From an uncultured Gemmatimonadales bacterium (GTDB lineage: Bacteria > Gemmatimonadota > Gemmatimonadetes > Longimicrobiales > Gaopeijiaceae), in the NCBI GenBank assembly GCA_963809895.1, contig CAWELD010000003.1, positions 1,312,001 through 1,376,000 of the forward strand: 64,000 bases of DNA, given 5' to 3'. Positions 10,005 to 22,437 of the stretch are shown piece after piece. The stretch's first letter is position 1, and every line of letters starts with the position of its first letter. Position numbers and translations under genes: made by a program. Under the pieces are notes generated by a model. That model did no database searches and had not been told where the DNA came from. It saw only the letters and a list, made by a program, of their open reading frames with translations.

Positions 10005-11375
10005 TCAGCCGACGCCCTGATCCCGCAGCCAACCTTCCACGACGCTGCGGATCTCCTGGAGCCGTTCCTCGGTGCGCGCCTCGAAGCGGGCCACCAGTAC
10101 GGGCTGCGTGTTGGAGGCCCTCAGAAGCCCCCAGCCGTCCCCGAACAGGATGCGCACCCCATCCACGTCGATGACGTCGTACTCCTTGCGGAAGTGTTCC
10201 AGGGCCCGGTCCACCAGCCCGAACTTGGACTCCTCGGTAACCTCGATGCGGATCTCGGGCGTGGACACGTACTTCGGGAAGGCCGCCACGCGCTGGGACA
10301 GGGGCTCGGACGAGCGCGCCACGATGTCGATGAGGAGGCAGGCATCGTAGAGGGCATCGTCGAATCCCAGGTAGTCCTCACCACCGACGCAGATGTGGCC
10401 GCTGAGCTCGCCGGCCAGCGCCGCACCGGTCTCCTTCATCTTCTGTTTCATGAGCGAGTGGCCGGTCTTCCACATGATGGGCTCGCCGCCCGCCTCGGCG
10501 AAGACCTCCGGGAGCGCCTGCGAGCACTTCACGTCGAACACCAGCTTCTGGGGCGCCCCCCTGCGCTCCAGGAGATCCAGACCGAAGAGGAGGAGGATCA
10601 GATCACCTCGCACCACCTCACCGTGCTCGTCCACGGCGCCGAGGCGGTCCGCGTCACCATCGAACGCGATGCCCAGGTCGGCCCCGGTGGCGCGCACCTC
10701 GGCGATGAGGTCCTGCAGATACTCGTCCACCGTGGGGTCGGGATGGTGGTTCGGGAAGGTCCCGTCGGAGACGCAGTAGAGCGGCACCACGTCGGCGCCC
10801 AGATCCTCCAGGAGCTGCACGGCGACCAGCGATCCGCTGCCGTTGCCGCAGTCCACCGCCACCTTCACCGGGCGGGTCAGGTCGAAGCGCCGCGCCACGT
10901 CCTTCCGGTAATCGTCCAGAACGTCTCGCGTCTCCAGGCCGCCGCTGCCCGACATCAGATCGTCGGCTTCGATGCGGCGGTACATCTCCTGGATGGACTC
11001 GCCGAAGAAGGAGCCGCCCAGCATGGACATCTTGATGCCGTTCCATTCCGGCGGATTGTGCGAGCCGGTCACCTGGATGCCCCCGTCGGTTCCCAGCGTC
11101 TTCTCCGCCCAGTAGACCACCGGGGTGGGCACGGTGGCGATGTCCAGCACGTCGACGCCCCCGGCGCGGAGGCCCCGCACGAGCCCGGAAGCCAGATCCG
11201 GAGAGCTGGGTCGGTTGTCCCTGCCGACCACCACGCGGGGAGTCCGGTCGGGAAGCGCCTCACGGATGGCGGTGGCGTACGCGCGCCCGACGGACTCGGC
11301 CACCGAGGCGTCCAGGTCGGTGCCCACGATGCCGCGGACGTCGTATTGCCTGAAGATGTGGGGCGCCAGGGCCAT
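10005..11375 (-). CDS. Phosphomannomutase/phosphoglucomutase (AlgC-like)
   Basis: IFRQYDVRG, TGSHNP, FDGDADR, GELSGH, RASNTQP. Confidence 0.95.
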   Translation of the reverse strand: MALAPHIFRQYDVRGIVGTDLDASVAESVGRAYATAIREALPDRTPRVVVGRDNRPSSPDLASGLVRGLRAGGVDVLDIATVPTPVVYWAEKTLGTDGGIQVTGSHNPPEWNGIKMSMLGGSFFGESIQEMYRRIEADDLMSGSGGLETRDVLDDYRKDVARRFDLTRPVKVAVDCGNGSGSLVAVQLLEDLGADVVPLYCVSDGTFPNHHPDPTVDEYLQDLIAEVRATGADLGIAFDGDADRLGAVDEHGEVVRGDLILLLFGLDLLERRGAPQKLVFDVKCSQALPEVFAEAGGEPIMWKTGHSLMKQKMKETGAALAGELSGHICVGGEDYLGFDDALYDACLLIDIVARSSEPLSQRVAAFPKYVSTPEIRIEVTEESKFGLVDRALEHFRKEYDVIDVDGVRILFGDGWGLLRASNTQPVLVARFEARTEERLQEIRSVVEGWLRDQGVG

Positions 11376-11510
11376 GCTTGCACCTGCTGCTGGATGAGAC
11401 CTCTGAAGCCCGCCTACCCGGCAGGCTTCCGAAGCACCGACGTTCGGGTCTATGCCCCGGACCCGCGGGGGTTCCTCCCAGGCGGGTCCCGGCCGGCCGC
11501 GGGTGACTCG

Positions 11511-13043
11511 CTAGCGCACCATCCCCATGAAGACCCCGCCCACCGACGCGAGGCTGGAAACGCTGCTCCGGGCGAACTCCATGAGCCCCGAAGGGAAGAT
11601 CCCCAGGAACAGGATGGCGACGACCCCCACCACCAACGCCGCGCGGACGGTGAGCGGGACCGGCAGGAGCCGCTCCTCACCGGCGCGGGTCGGGTCCTTC
11701 ATCCACGTGTACCAGGCCACACGCAGGTAGTAGTAGTACGACACCACCGTGGTCAGGACCAGGATGACCGACAGGGTCCAGAGCTGGGCGTCCACGGCGC
11801 CCTGGAGAAGATAGATCTTGCCCATGAAGCCCGCGGTCCCGGGAAAGCCCGCCAGGGACAGCAGGAAGATGGTCAGGACCACGCCCAGCATGGGCTGGCG
11901 GTGTCCGAGCCCGGCGTAGTCGTCGAGCTGGAGGTTCTCTTCGCCCTGCAGACCGACGGTCATGACCACGGCGAAGGCGCCCATGTTCATGATGACGTAG
12001 ACCAGCAGGTAGAAGAGCATGCCCGCCGCCGCCATCTGGTTGGCCGCGGCCAGCGCCACCATCAGATAGCCCGCGTGGGCGATGCTGGAGTAGGCCAGCA
12101 TGCGCTTCACGTTGGTCTGAACCAGGGCCACCAGGTTCGCCACCACCATGGTGATGGCGGCCAGCCACCACATGATGGGATACCAGGTCTCGTACACGCC
12201 CTGGAAGGCCACCATGAAGACGCGCAGGAACGTGACGAAGGCGGCGGCCTTCACGGCCACCGACATGAACGCGGTGACGGGAATGGGCGCGCCCTCGTAG
12301 ACGTCGGGCGTCCACATGTGGAAGGGGACCACCGAGACCTTGAAGGCGAAACCCACGGCCACCAGCGCCACCCCCGCGATGAGCAGTCCCTGCTGCGCCG
12401 CGCCGCTTTCCACCGCCAGCGCCACCTGGACGATATTGGTGGTACCGGTGGCCCCGTAGACCAGCGCGAGCCCGTAGAGGAAGAAGCCCGTGGAGAAGGC
12501 CCCCAGCAGGAAATACTTGAGCCCGGCTTCGGCCGAGCGCCGGTCACGCCGGTTGAACGCGGTGAGTGCGTAGACCGAGATCGACATCACCTCCAGGCCC
12601 AGGAACACCACCATGAGATCGCGGGCGCCGGCCATGAACATCATGCCGGCGGTGGCGAACAGGATGAGGGCGTAGAACTCTCCCGCCTGCAGCCGCTGCC
12701 GGTAGACGTAGGTGAACGACATGACCACGGCCAACGCCGCCGCCGCCAGGAAGATCCAGTTGGCGAACAGGCGGAATCCGTCCACCGCCACCATGCCCGC
12801 GGTGCCCACCTCGGTGACGCCGTACAGCCACCCGTTGGCCAGCGCGGCGGTCAGGATGCCCGCCAGCGCCAGGATCGCCAGGTCGGTGGGCGGTCCGGCG
12901 GGTGTGGCGCCACCCTCGGAGCTCCGTTCGCTACGGTGGCCCGACACCCCGGTCAGAAGCACGCCCGTGGCCCACGCGCACAGGAGAATCTCGGGCAACA
13001 GCGCCCAGACGTAGTGTAGCTGTCGGCTGAAGTCGAGCTGCAT
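11511..13043 (-). CDS. nuoN: NADH-quinone oxidoreductase subunit N
   Basis: EAGLKYF, PFHMWTPDVYEGAP, KRMLAYSSIAH; last gene of nuo operon. Confidence 0.95.
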   Translation of the reverse strand: MQLDFSRQLHYVWALLPEILLCAWATGVLLTGVSGHRSERSSEGGATPAGPPTDLAILALAGILTAALANGWLYGVTEVGTAGMVAVDGFRLFANWIFLAAAALAVVMSFTYVYRQRLQAGEFYALILFATAGMMFMAGARDLMVVFLGLEVMSISVYALTAFNRRDRRSAEAGLKYFLLGAFSTGFFLYGLALVYGATGTTNIVQVALAVESGAAQQGLLIAGVALVAVGFAFKVSVVPFHMWTPDVYEGAPIPVTAFMSVAVKAAAFVTFLRVFMVAFQGVYETWYPIMWWLAAITMVVANLVALVQTNVKRMLAYSSIAHAGYLMVALAAANQMAAAGMLFYLLVYVIMNMGAFAVVMTVGLQGEENLQLDDYAGLGHRQPMLGVVLTIFLLSLAGFPGTAGFMGKIYLLQGAVDAQLWTLSVILVLTTVVSYYYYLRVAWYTWMKDPTRAGEERLLPVPLTVRAALVVGVVAILFLGIFPSGLMEFARSSVSSLASVGGVFMGMVR

Positions 13044-13048
13044 GAGCG

Positions 13049-14665
<1,617 letters not shown>

Positions 14666-14678
14666 GGTCGGCGCCCTC

Positions 14679-16835
14679 CTACAGGACTACCACGCCGAGG
14701 ATCACCAGCACCCCGAGCGTGAGGATGAATGCGTAGGTGTTCACGGATCCGGTCTGGAAGAGGCTTCCGAACCAGCCCACGGCTTTCGTCACCCCTCCGG
14801 CGGCGTTGACCGTGCCGTCGATGAGCACCGAGTCGATCACCTTCCAGAAGGCGCGCGAGGTGGCGACGATGGGCCGCACCACGATGCGGTCGTAGAGCTC
14901 GTCGACGTACCACTTGTGATAGAGCACGCGCTTGAAGCCGGTGGGCTCCGGCGAGTCGGCCGCCGGGACGATCTTCCAGCGACTCACGGCCAGGATGGCC
15001 AGCACCACGACCACCGCCGCCGCCACGGTGGAGATCAGGCCCCAGGTCAGCTCGCCGCCGCCGAAGGGCGCTTGCTCCAGGAAGGCGCCGACGTGCTCGG
15101 CACGGATCTCGGTGGCCCGCTCGGTGAGGGGCTCGAGCCAGTGGTGCAACCACTCACTCATGGGCAGCGCCCCACCCAGGCCGAAGAAGGACTCGCGCAC
15201 GGCCTCGGGCACGTTGATCCAGCCCCCGAACGTCGACAGGAGCGCCAGCACGGTGAGCGGCACCGTCATGGTGAGAGGCGCCTCGTGCAGATGGCGCGAT
15301 TCCTCGTCGCCGGTGCGGTTGGCTCCGTGAAAGGTCATGACCATGAGGCGGGTCATGTAGAACGCCGTCAGCATGGCCGCAGCCAGCGCCAGGACCCAAT
15401 AGACCTTGTAGAAGCCGGCGTACGGTCCCGCCGCCGCCGCGCCGGCGTACCAGATGATCTCGTCCTTGGAGAAGAACCCGGCGAAGGGCCAGATCCCGGA
15501 GATGGCCAGCGTGGCGGCCCACATGGTGAGCGCCGTCAGCGGCATGAACTTCCGGAGCCCGCCCATGTTGCGCATGTCCTGGGCGTCCATGTCGCTGTGC
15601 GTGTGATGCAGCGCGTGGTGCATGGAGTGGATGACCGCACCCGACCCCAGGAAGAGCAGCGCCTTGAAGAAGGCGTGCGTCATGAGGTGGAAGATGCCCG
15701 CCGTGTAGGCGCCCACGCCCACGCCCAGGAACATGTAGCCGAGCTGGGAGACCGTGGAGTAGGCCAGGACCTTCTTGATGTCGTACTGCGCCAGCGCGAT
15801 GGTGGCGGCGAACAGCGCCGTGGCCACGCCGATGCCCGCCACGGTCACACCGCCCACCGGCGAGAGGGCGAAGAGCACCGACGAGCGCGCCACCATGTAG
15901 ACCCCGGCGGTGACCATGGTCGCCGCGTGGATCAGCGCCGAGACCGGCGTGGGGCCCGCCATGGCGTCGGGCAACCACACGTACAGGGGGATCTGCGCGC
16001 TCTTCCCCGTCGCGCCGAGCAGCAGGAAGAGCGTGACGGCCGTGATCACGCCGCCTCCGTAGACCAGCTCCTCGGGCGCCCGCCCGAACACCTCGACGAA
16101 GTCCAGGGTCCCGAACTGGGCGAAGAGGATGAAGAGGGCGATCAGGAAGCCGAAGTCACCGATGCGGTTGACGATGAACGCCTTCTTGCCGGCATCGGAC
16201 TTCTCCCGATCGGAGAACCAGAAGCCGATGAGGAGATAGGAGCACAGCCCCACCCCCTCCCAACCCACGAACATGACCGGGAAGCTGGCCCCGGTCACCA
16301 GCACCAGCATGAAGAAGACGAACAGGTTCAGGTAGGCGAAGTACCGGGGGTAGCCCGGATCGTCCTTCATGTAGCCCACGCTGAACACGTGGATCAGGAA
16401 GCCCACCCCGGTGACCACCAGCATCATCACCATGCTGAGCTGGTCGAGCTGGAGCGCCGCGTCGACGTGGAAGGCCCCGGTGGAGATCCAGGTCCAGTAG
16501 CGGACCACCACAGGCTCGTGGAGCTCCACCCCACGCATGCGCAGGAAATTGACCGCCACCAGCACGAAGGCCAGGAAGAGCACCCCCGGCCCGATCAGGC
16601 TCGGCAGGGTGTGCGTGACCGGCCGGCCACCGGTGTCCAGATCCAGCTCGCCCCCCGCCCGGACCGCGTCGGCCGAGCGGCGAGCGTGGCTGAGCGCCAG
16701 CACCCCGTTGATCAGGAAGCCCAGCAGCGGGAGCAGGACGATGAGACCCGGAAGGAAGGGCTCGAAGCCGCCGGCACCCGCCGCGCGCTCGGCCGCCTCC
16801 TGGGCCATCCGGAACATCCCGAAGGGTCCGCTCAT
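14679..16835 (-). CDS. nuoL: NADH-quinone oxidoreductase subunit L
   Basis: GKSAQIPLYVWLPDAMAGPTPVSALIHAATMV, THAFFKALLF. Confidence 0.95.
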   Translation of the reverse strand: MSGPFGMFRMAQEAAERAAGAGGFEPFLPGLIVLLPLLGFLINGVLALSHARRSADAVRAGGELDLDTGGRPVTHTLPSLIGPGVLFLAFVLVAVNFLRMRGVELHEPVVVRYWTWISTGAFHVDAALQLDQLSMVMMLVVTGVGFLIHVFSVGYMKDDPGYPRYFAYLNLFVFFMLVLVTGASFPVMFVGWEGVGLCSYLLIGFWFSDREKSDAGKKAFIVNRIGDFGFLIALFILFAQFGTLDFVEVFGRAPEELVYGGGVITAVTLFLLLGATGKSAQIPLYVWLPDAMAGPTPVSALIHAATMVTAGVYMVARSSVLFALSPVGGVTVAGIGVATALFAATIALAQYDIKKVLAYSTVSQLGYMFLGVGVGAYTAGIFHLMTHAFFKALLFLGSGAVIHSMHHALHHTHSDMDAQDMRNMGGLRKFMPLTALTMWAATLAISGIWPFAGFFSKDEIIWYAGAAAAGPYAGFYKVYWVLALAAAMLTAFYMTRLMVMTFHGANRTGDEESRHLHEAPLTMTVPLTVLALLSTFGGWINVPEAVRESFFGLGGALPMSEWLHHWLEPLTERATEIRAEHVGAFLEQAPFGGGELTWGLISTVAAAVVVVLAILAVSRWKIVPAADSPEPTGFKRVLYHKWYVDELYDRIVVRPIVATSRAFWKVIDSVLIDGTVNAAGGVTKAVGWFGSLFQTGSVNTYAFILTLGVLVILGVVVL

Positions 16836-16839
16836 GACG

Positions 16840-17133
16840 TCACCACTTCAGGAGGTTGAAGGAGTCCACGTTGACCGTCTCGTAGTGGCGGAAGATGGAG
16901 ATGATGATGGCCAGCCCCACCGCCGCTTCGGCGGCGGCCACGGTCATGACGAAGAAGACGAACACCTGGCCTTCCACGCCCAGCGCCCGTGACAGGGCGA
17001 CCAGCGTCAGGTTGACGGCGTTGAGCTGCAGCTCGATGCACAGGAACATGATGATGGCGTTCCTCCGCACCAGAACGCCGAAGGTCCCGATCACGAACAG
17101 GATGGCACTGAGGACCAGCGCTTCGGAGAGCAT
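16840..17133 (-). CDS. nuoK: NADH-quinone oxidoreductase subunit K
   Basis: RRNAII...IEL...[11 protein letters not shown]. Confidence 0.95.
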   Translation of the reverse strand: MLSEALVLSAILFVIGTFGVLVRRNAIIMFLCIELQLNAVNLTLVALSRALGVEGQVFVFFVMTVAAAEAAVGLAIIISIFRHYETVNVDSFNLLKW

Positions 17134-17145
17134 GGCGGCGTCCTC

Positions 17146-17670
17146 CTACGAGACGTGGCGCTTGGCGAGGACCAGGGCCCCCACGATGGCCACCAGGAGC
17201 AGGATCCCGGTGATCTCGAAGGGAACGACGTAGGTGGTGAAGAGCGGTTCGGCGATCACGCCGACCGCCCCCTTCTGCGCCAGCGCCGCGTCCATGGCCT
17301 CGGTGCCGTTCAGGAACGGGAAGAGCGCGCTCTCCCCTCCGCCGAAGCGGCGCGCCAGCAGACCCGCCAGCGCGCCGGACATGGCGAAGGCCAACACGGC
17401 CCACAGGCCTCCGTGGATGTCCCGCCGGTAATCGTGCCCCAGGTTCAGGAGCATGATCACGAACAGGAAGAGGACCATGATGGCGCCGGCGTACACGATC
17501 ACCTGCACCGCCGCCAGGAAGTGGGCCTCCAGCAGCACGTAGATGCCGGCGACGCTGGCCAGGGTGGTCACCATGAAGAGGAGGCTGGAGACGGGGCTCC
17601 GGCCCATGACCACGCCCAGCGCGCCACCCACGGCCACCGCCGCGAAGATGAAGAAGAGGATGTCAGCCAC
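17146..17670 (-). CDS. nuoJ: NADH-quinone oxidoreductase subunit J
   Basis: QVIVYAGAIMVLFLFVIMLL, PFEITGILLL. Confidence 0.95.
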   Translation of the reverse strand: MADILFFIFAAVAVGGALGVVMGRSPVSSLLFMVTTLASVAGIYVLLEAHFLAAVQVIVYAGAIMVLFLFVIMLLNLGHDYRRDIHGGLWAVLAFAMSGALAGLLARRFGGGESALFPFLNGTEAMDAALAQKGAVGVIAEPLFTTYVVPFEITGILLLVAIVGALVLAKRHVS

Positions 17671-17679
17671 GGGCCCTCC

Positions 17680-18180
17680 TCATTCGGAACGGGGATCCGA
17701 GGGATCCCAGAGGAGGGTCGTGGGATGCTCCTGCTCCATGAGCCGATCCAGGTCGTAGACGAAGCGGTCGCGGGTGTACTCGGCGTTCTCGAAGTGTCGC
17801 CCCACGTGGATGGCCTCCACCGGGCAGACCTCCTGGCACATCCCGCAGAAGATGCAGCGGAACTCGTCGATCTCGTAGACGATGGGATAGCGGTTGCCCT
17901 GGTCGTCCTCGCCTCCGACGAGGCGGATGCAGTTGGCCGGGCACACCGTCGGGCACAGGCCGCAGGCGACGCACTTGGGCCGTCCGTCGGCGTGTACCTC
18001 CATGCGGTGCGTGCCCCGCCAGCGGGGAGCCAGCTCGGGCTGCTCCTCCGGGTACTGGAGGGTGATCTTGTTGGGATTGACCAGATGCTTGAAGGTCAGC
18101 GCCATGCCCTTGAGGGCGGCGCGCAGGTACGACGTGCTCCCCGGCTCGGGGCGTCGCATCACCTTGACCGAAACTGCCAT
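17680..18180 (-). CDS. nuoI: NADH-quinone oxidoreductase subunit I
   Basis: TLQYPEE, CVACGLCPTVCP, CIFCGMCQEVCP; start placed at MAVSVK. Confidence 0.95.
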   Translation of the reverse strand: MAVSVKVMRRPEPGSTSYLRAALKGMALTFKHLVNPNKITLQYPEEQPELAPRWRGTHRMEVHADGRPKCVACGLCPTVCPANCIRLVGGEDDQGNRYPIVYEIDEFRCIFCGMCQEVCPVEAIHVGRHFENAEYTRDRFVYDLDRLMEQEHPTTLLWDPSDPRSE

Positions 18181-18215
18181 GACGTGTCCTCGGAGGTCGT
18201 CGTCTCGAGTCGCGC

Positions 18216-19526
18216 TCAGTCGCCGGACACTTCGGCGGGCAGATGCCGGGCGGGCACCTCCACCGCCGGCATGTGCACCGGCCGCTCCTGACGTGTGGGC
18301 ACCGCGGCGCCCTTGATGATCCGGTCCCGATCCAGGAAGAACACGAAGGCCACCGTGCACAGCCCACTCACCGCGGTCAGGACCAGTCCGAAGGTGAAGC
18401 CGTACGGCACGCCGAGCTGATCCAGAACCAGGATCGTTCCCGACACCACCATCACGTAGGCCAGCGCCGTGGGCAGCATCACCTTCCAGCCCAGGCTCAT
18501 GACCTGGTCGTAGCGGAAGCGTGGCAGCGTCCAGCGCACCCAGATGTAGAAGAAGAGGAAGAACCCGGTCTTGAGACCGAAGCCGCCCAGTGTCAGGAGC
18601 GTCTTCCACCACGCCGGGTCGGCCATGATGGCCGCGCCGCCGGCGTCGAAGCCCTTGATGAGCATGCCCTGGTACCAGAAGGCGTCGTCCCACGTGCCCG
18701 GCAGGTCCCAGCCGCCGAAGAAGAGCGTCGCCATGAGGGCCGAGGCGGTGAGCATGTGGGCGTACTCGGCGATGAAGAACATGCTGAACTTCATGGCCGA
18801 ATACTCGGTGTGATATCCGGTGACCAGCTCCGATTCCGCCTCGGGCATGTCGAAGGGCAGCCGGTTGGTCTCGGCGAAGGCGGAGATGACGAACAGGATG
18901 AAGGCCAGCGACAACGGCAGCGCGAACCACAGGTTGAGCTGCTGCTGCTGCGTCACCACGTCCGTGAGGGTCACGTTCCCGGCCAGCATGAGCACCGTGA
19001 CCAGCGACAGGCCCAGCGCCACCTCGTAGCTCACCATCTGGGCCGACGCCCGCAGCGCGCCCAGGAAGGCGTACTTGTTGTTGGAGGCCCAGCCCGAGAT
19101 GACGACGCCGTACACGCCCAGCGAGCTCAGCGCCAGGATGTAGAGGATGCCGATGGGCACGTCGGCCACGATCATGTCCACCACGCCCCAGGGCGTCGGC
19201 AGGGGTGCGGCGAAGGGGATCACGGCGAAGGTGACCAGCGCCGGCATGATGGCCAGCATGGGGCCCAGGACGAAGTAGAACCGGTTCGAGGTCGCCGGCA
19301 TCGTCTCTTCCTTCAAGACGTTCTTGATGCCGTCGGCGATGGGCTGCAGAAGCCCCAGCGGCCCCACGCGATTCGGGCCCGACCGGTCCTGGATCCAGGC
19401 GGACACCCGGCGCTCCGCCAGCGTCGTGTAGGCCACCACGAGCATGGAGACCGTGAAGACCGCGACGACCTTGACGGCCGAGGCGATGAGGAACGCGACC
19501 CCGGTGACGGGTTGCAGCTGCTCCAT
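18216..19526 (-). CDS. nuoH: NADH-quinone oxidoreductase subunit H
   Basis: GPNRVGP.GLLQPIADGIK, AETNRLPFDMPEAESEL, PRFRYDQ. Confidence 0.96.
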   Translation of the reverse strand: MEQLQPVTGVAFLIASAVKVVAVFTVSMLVVAYTTLAERRVSAWIQDRSGPNRVGPLGLLQPIADGIKNVLKEETMPATSNRFYFVLGPMLAIMPALVTFAVIPFAAPLPTPWGVVDMIVADVPIGILYILALSSLGVYGVVISGWASNNKYAFLGALRASAQMVSYEVALGLSLVTVLMLAGNVTLTDVVTQQQQLNLWFALPLSLAFILFVISAFAETNRLPFDMPEAESELVTGYHTEYSAMKFSMFFIAEYAHMLTASALMATLFFGGWDLPGTWDDAFWYQGMLIKGFDAGGAAIMADPAWWKTLLTLGGFGLKTGFFLFFYIWVRWTLPRFRYDQVMSLGWKVMLPTALAYVMVVSGTILVLDQLGVPYGFTFGLVLTAVSGLCTVAFVFFLDRDRIIKGAAVPTRQERPVHMPAVEVPARHLPAEVSGD

Positions 19527-19531
19527 TCCGC

Positions 19532-21139
19532 TCAGTCTCCAGTCAGGGAAGCGGGCTCGTTCACCACCGCGCCCCGGGTGCCGATGGAGGGGTAGCCCAG
19601 GCCCTCGAAGGGCGCATGCGGCGCCACCAGCATGTCGAAGGCCTCGGCCGCCGTCGTGGGCACCTCGGCCTCGTCCATGAGCGCCACCAGGGCGCCCAGG
19701 GCCAGCCAGGCCGGACGGGCCGCACCCGGGGCCTGCAGACCGGGCCAGAAGCGCTGCACCCGCCCTTCGTGATTCGTGAAGGTGCCTTCCTGCTCGGCGA
19801 AGGTGGTGACCGGAAGAAGGAAGTCGGCCGCCGCCGCGGCGACGGGCGCGTGCGACCCCAGGTACACGTAGAGGTCGGCGTCGTGGCCGAACTCCGGACC
19901 GTGGTCGTCCAGGGCGTCGCCCAGCACCAGGAGCACACCTCCGTGGCTGGACAGGTCGTCCACCCCGCCCCGGGCATCGTCATCCCCCACACGCGTCATG
20001 CCCAGGAGCTCCGCGCCACGTCCGTTGGGCGCCAGCTCCCGGCGCCGGGCCAACGTCGGGAACCCCTTCATGACGACCTCGTCTTCGGCGCGCGGCGAGC
20101 GGTAGACCATCTCGCCCCCGCCCAGCCGGTCCACCAGCGCGGCCACGGCGGCCACGTCTTCGTTGCAGGCCCAGGGAGACACCAGAGCCTTCACCGGCAC
20201 TCCCTCCACGCCGTCCAGCCGCTCCCGCAGCGCTGCCAGCGCGGCCTTCCAGCCCATGGCGGTGCGGCTCTCGCCCCGTCCCACCAGGGGCACCTCGGCG
20301 CGGTCGCCCCGATTGATCCACTCGTAGTTGTGGCGACCGTAGTCGCACATCCAGAAGGCGTTGACGTCCAGGTTGGCCCGCGGCTTCAGCCGCTGGACCA
20401 GGTTGTCGCGCGTGTGGAGCTGGATGTTGCAGCCCTGCGAGCAGCTCGGGCACACGGAGGGGGTGTGGTCAAGGTCCCAGGAGCGCTGCTTGTGCAGGAA
20501 ATCCTTGGAAACCAGCGCGCCCACCGGACAGATGTCGACGATGTTGCCCGACCAGAAGGTGCCGTCCAGGCCTTCGTCGAAGAAGGTGTCGATGACGGAG
20601 CGGCTGCCCCGCTCCACCACGGTGAGGCGAGGGTCCTGCTCCATCTCGTTCATGAAGCGGACGCAGCGCGTGCACATGACGCAGCGGTCTCCGTAGAAGA
20701 GCACGTCGCCACCGAAGTCGTCCCGCCCGAAGACCCGCTTGGGCTCACGCGAGCGGCCGTGCTTGCGTCCCTCGGCGTGCACGTAGTCCTGGAGCTTGCA
20801 CTCCCCGGACTGGTCGCAGATGGGACAGTCCAGCGGGTGGTTGACCAGGTAGAACTCGAGCACGCCCCGGCGCATGGAGAGCGCCTTGTCGGAATCCGTG
20901 TGCACCACCTGCCCGTCCTGGGCCTGCGTGACGCACGAGGGCTGCAGCTTGGGCGCGCCCTCCACGTCCACCAGGCACAGCCGACACATGGCCGGCGACG
21001 ACAGGCCGTCGTGATAACAGTAGTGCGGCACCTTGGTGCCGACCGACTCGGCGGCCTTGAGGAGGGTGGTGCCCTTGGGCACCGTGACCTCCCGACCGTC
21101 GATGGTCAGCGTGACGGTATTGGTCTTGGTCTCAGCCAT
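19532..21139 (-). CDS. nuoG: NADH-quinone oxidoreductase subunit G (short form)
   Basis: CYH...CRLC...C, HPLDCPICDQSGEC, CVMCTRC...CPVGAL, CPSCSQGC...WMCD. Confidence 0.93.
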   Translation of the reverse strand: MAETKTNTVTLTIDGREVTVPKGTTLLKAAESVGTKVPHYCYHDGLSSPAMCRLCLVDVEGAPKLQPSCVTQAQDGQVVHTDSDKALSMRRGVLEFYLVNHPLDCPICDQSGECKLQDYVHAEGRKHGRSREPKRVFGRDDFGGDVLFYGDRCVMCTRCVRFMNEMEQDPRLTVVERGSRSVIDTFFDEGLDGTFWSGNIVDICPVGALVSKDFLHKQRSWDLDHTPSVCPSCSQGCNIQLHTRDNLVQRLKPRANLDVNAFWMCDYGRHNYEWINRGDRAEVPLVGRGESRTAMGWKAALAALRERLDGVEGVPVKALVSPWACNEDVAAVAALVDRLGGGEMVYRSPRAEDEVVMKGFPTLARRRELAPNGRGAELLGMTRVGDDDARGGVDDLSSHGGVLLVLGDALDDHGPEFGHDADLYVYLGSHAPVAAAAADFLLPVTTFAEQEGTFTNHEGRVQRFWPGLQAPGAARPAWLALGALVALMDEAEVPTTAAEAFDMLVAPHAPFEGLGYPSIGTRGAVVNEPASLTGD

Positions 21140-21144
21140 GCGTG

Positions 21145-22437
21145 TCAGGCGGCTCCTACGCGTTCACCCCGGCGGATGAGCGCCAGGTATTCATCCCGGA
21201 ACTTCTTGATGGACGACTGCACCGGCGCGGCCACCGAGTCGGACAGCACGCAGATGGTGGTGCCGGTCATCTGGGTGGTGACCTCCATGAGCGTGTCCAG
21301 ATCCTCTTCCGTGCCCCGCCCGTCCTCGATGCGCTGCAGGATCTTGGTGACCCAGGCGGAGCCCTCCCGGCACGGCGTACACTGCCCGCACGACTCGTGG
21401 GCGTAGAAGTAGGCCATGCGGCGCACCTGCTTGACGATGTCGGTGGTCTCGTCCATGACGATCACCGAGGCGCAGCCGAGCATGGATCCAGCCGAGGCCA
21501 CGCCCTCGTAGTCCAGGTTGCAGCTCTCGCACTCCTCGGCCGACAGGATGGGCACGGAGCTGCCCCCGGGGATCACGGCCTTGAGCTTGTGACCGTCCCG
21601 GATGCCCCCGCACACGTCTTCGATGAGCTCCTTCAACGGGAAGCCCAGCGGCAGCTCGTAGTTGCCGGGGCGGCTCACGTGGCCGCTGACGCAGAAGAGC
21701 TTGGTGCCCGGGCTCTTCTCGGTGCCCCACTGCCGATACCACTGGCCGCCGTTGGCGATGATGTGGGGGACCGCGCTCAGCGTCTCCACGTTGTTCACCG
21801 TGGTGGGCATGCCGAAGGCACCCACGGCCGCCGGGAAAGGCGGCTTCACCCGGGGCTGCCCCCGGCGCCCTTCCAGCGAGTTCATGAGCCCGGTCTCTTC
21901 ACCGCAGATGTAGGCGCCGGCGCCCACGTGCACGGTCACGTCGATGTCCACGCCGGAGCCCATGATGTTCTCGCCGGCGTAGCCGTTGGCGTAGGCGTCT
22001 TCCACGGCCTTGGCCAGGACGGAGGAGGCCTCGAAGAACTCGCCGCGGCAATAGATGTAGGCGTGCTGGGCACGGATGGCGAACGCCCCGATCAGGCATC
22101 CCTCGATGAGCTGGTGGGGATCCCAGCGCATGAGCTCCCGGTCCTTGAAGGTGCCGGGCTCCGACTCGTCGGCGTTGCAGCACAGGTAATGCGGCTTGGT
22201 CGGCTCCTTGGGCATGAAGCTCCACTTCACGCCGGTGGGGAATCCGGCGCCTCCCCTGCCCCGGAGCCCCGAGGCCTTCACCTCTTCGGTGACGGCGTCG
22301 GGACCCATCTCGAAGGCCTTCTTGAGAGCCTGGTAGCGCCCGTTGGCCAGCGCACCGTCCATGGTGCGGGCCCTGGGGTCGCCGAAGTGCGTGCTCAGGA
22401 CGCGGACCTCGCGGTCCGACACGTAGGGGTAGGCCAT
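21145..22437 (-). CDS. nuoF: NADH-quinone oxidoreductase subunit F
   Basis: SGLRGRGGAGFPTGVKW, NADESEPGTFKDR, GAYICGEET, ESCGQCTPCREG; start placed at MAYPY. Confidence 0.96.
   Translation of the reverse strand: MAYPYVSDREVRVLSTHFGDPRARTMDGALANGRYQALKKAFEMGPDAVTEEVKASGLRGRGGAGFPTGVKWSFMPKEPTKPHYLCCNADESEPGTFKDRELMRWDPHQLIEGCLIGAFAIRAQHAYIYCRGEFFEASSVLAKAVEDAYANGYAGENIMGSGVDIDVTVHVGAGAYICGEETGLMNSLEGRRGQPRVKPPFPAAVGAFGMPTTVNNVETLSAVPHIIANGGQWYRQWGTEKSPGTKLFCVSGHVSRPGNYELPLGFPLKELIEDVCGGIRDGHKLKAVIPGGSSVPILSAEECESCNLDYEGVASAGSMLGCASVIVMDETTDIVKQVRRMAYFYAHESCGQCTPCREGSAWVTKILQRIEDGRGTEEDLDTLMEVTTQMTGTTICVLSDSVAAPVQSSIKKFRDEYLALIRRGERVGAA

Noticed and set aside
9978..13019. 1013-aa plus-strand ORF and many other long antisense ORFs (e.g. 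39891-42641, 46469-49276, 14655-16859)
   Set aside because: They lie opposite well-identified genes, have no motifs, and are expected stop-poor shadows in high-GC DNA.
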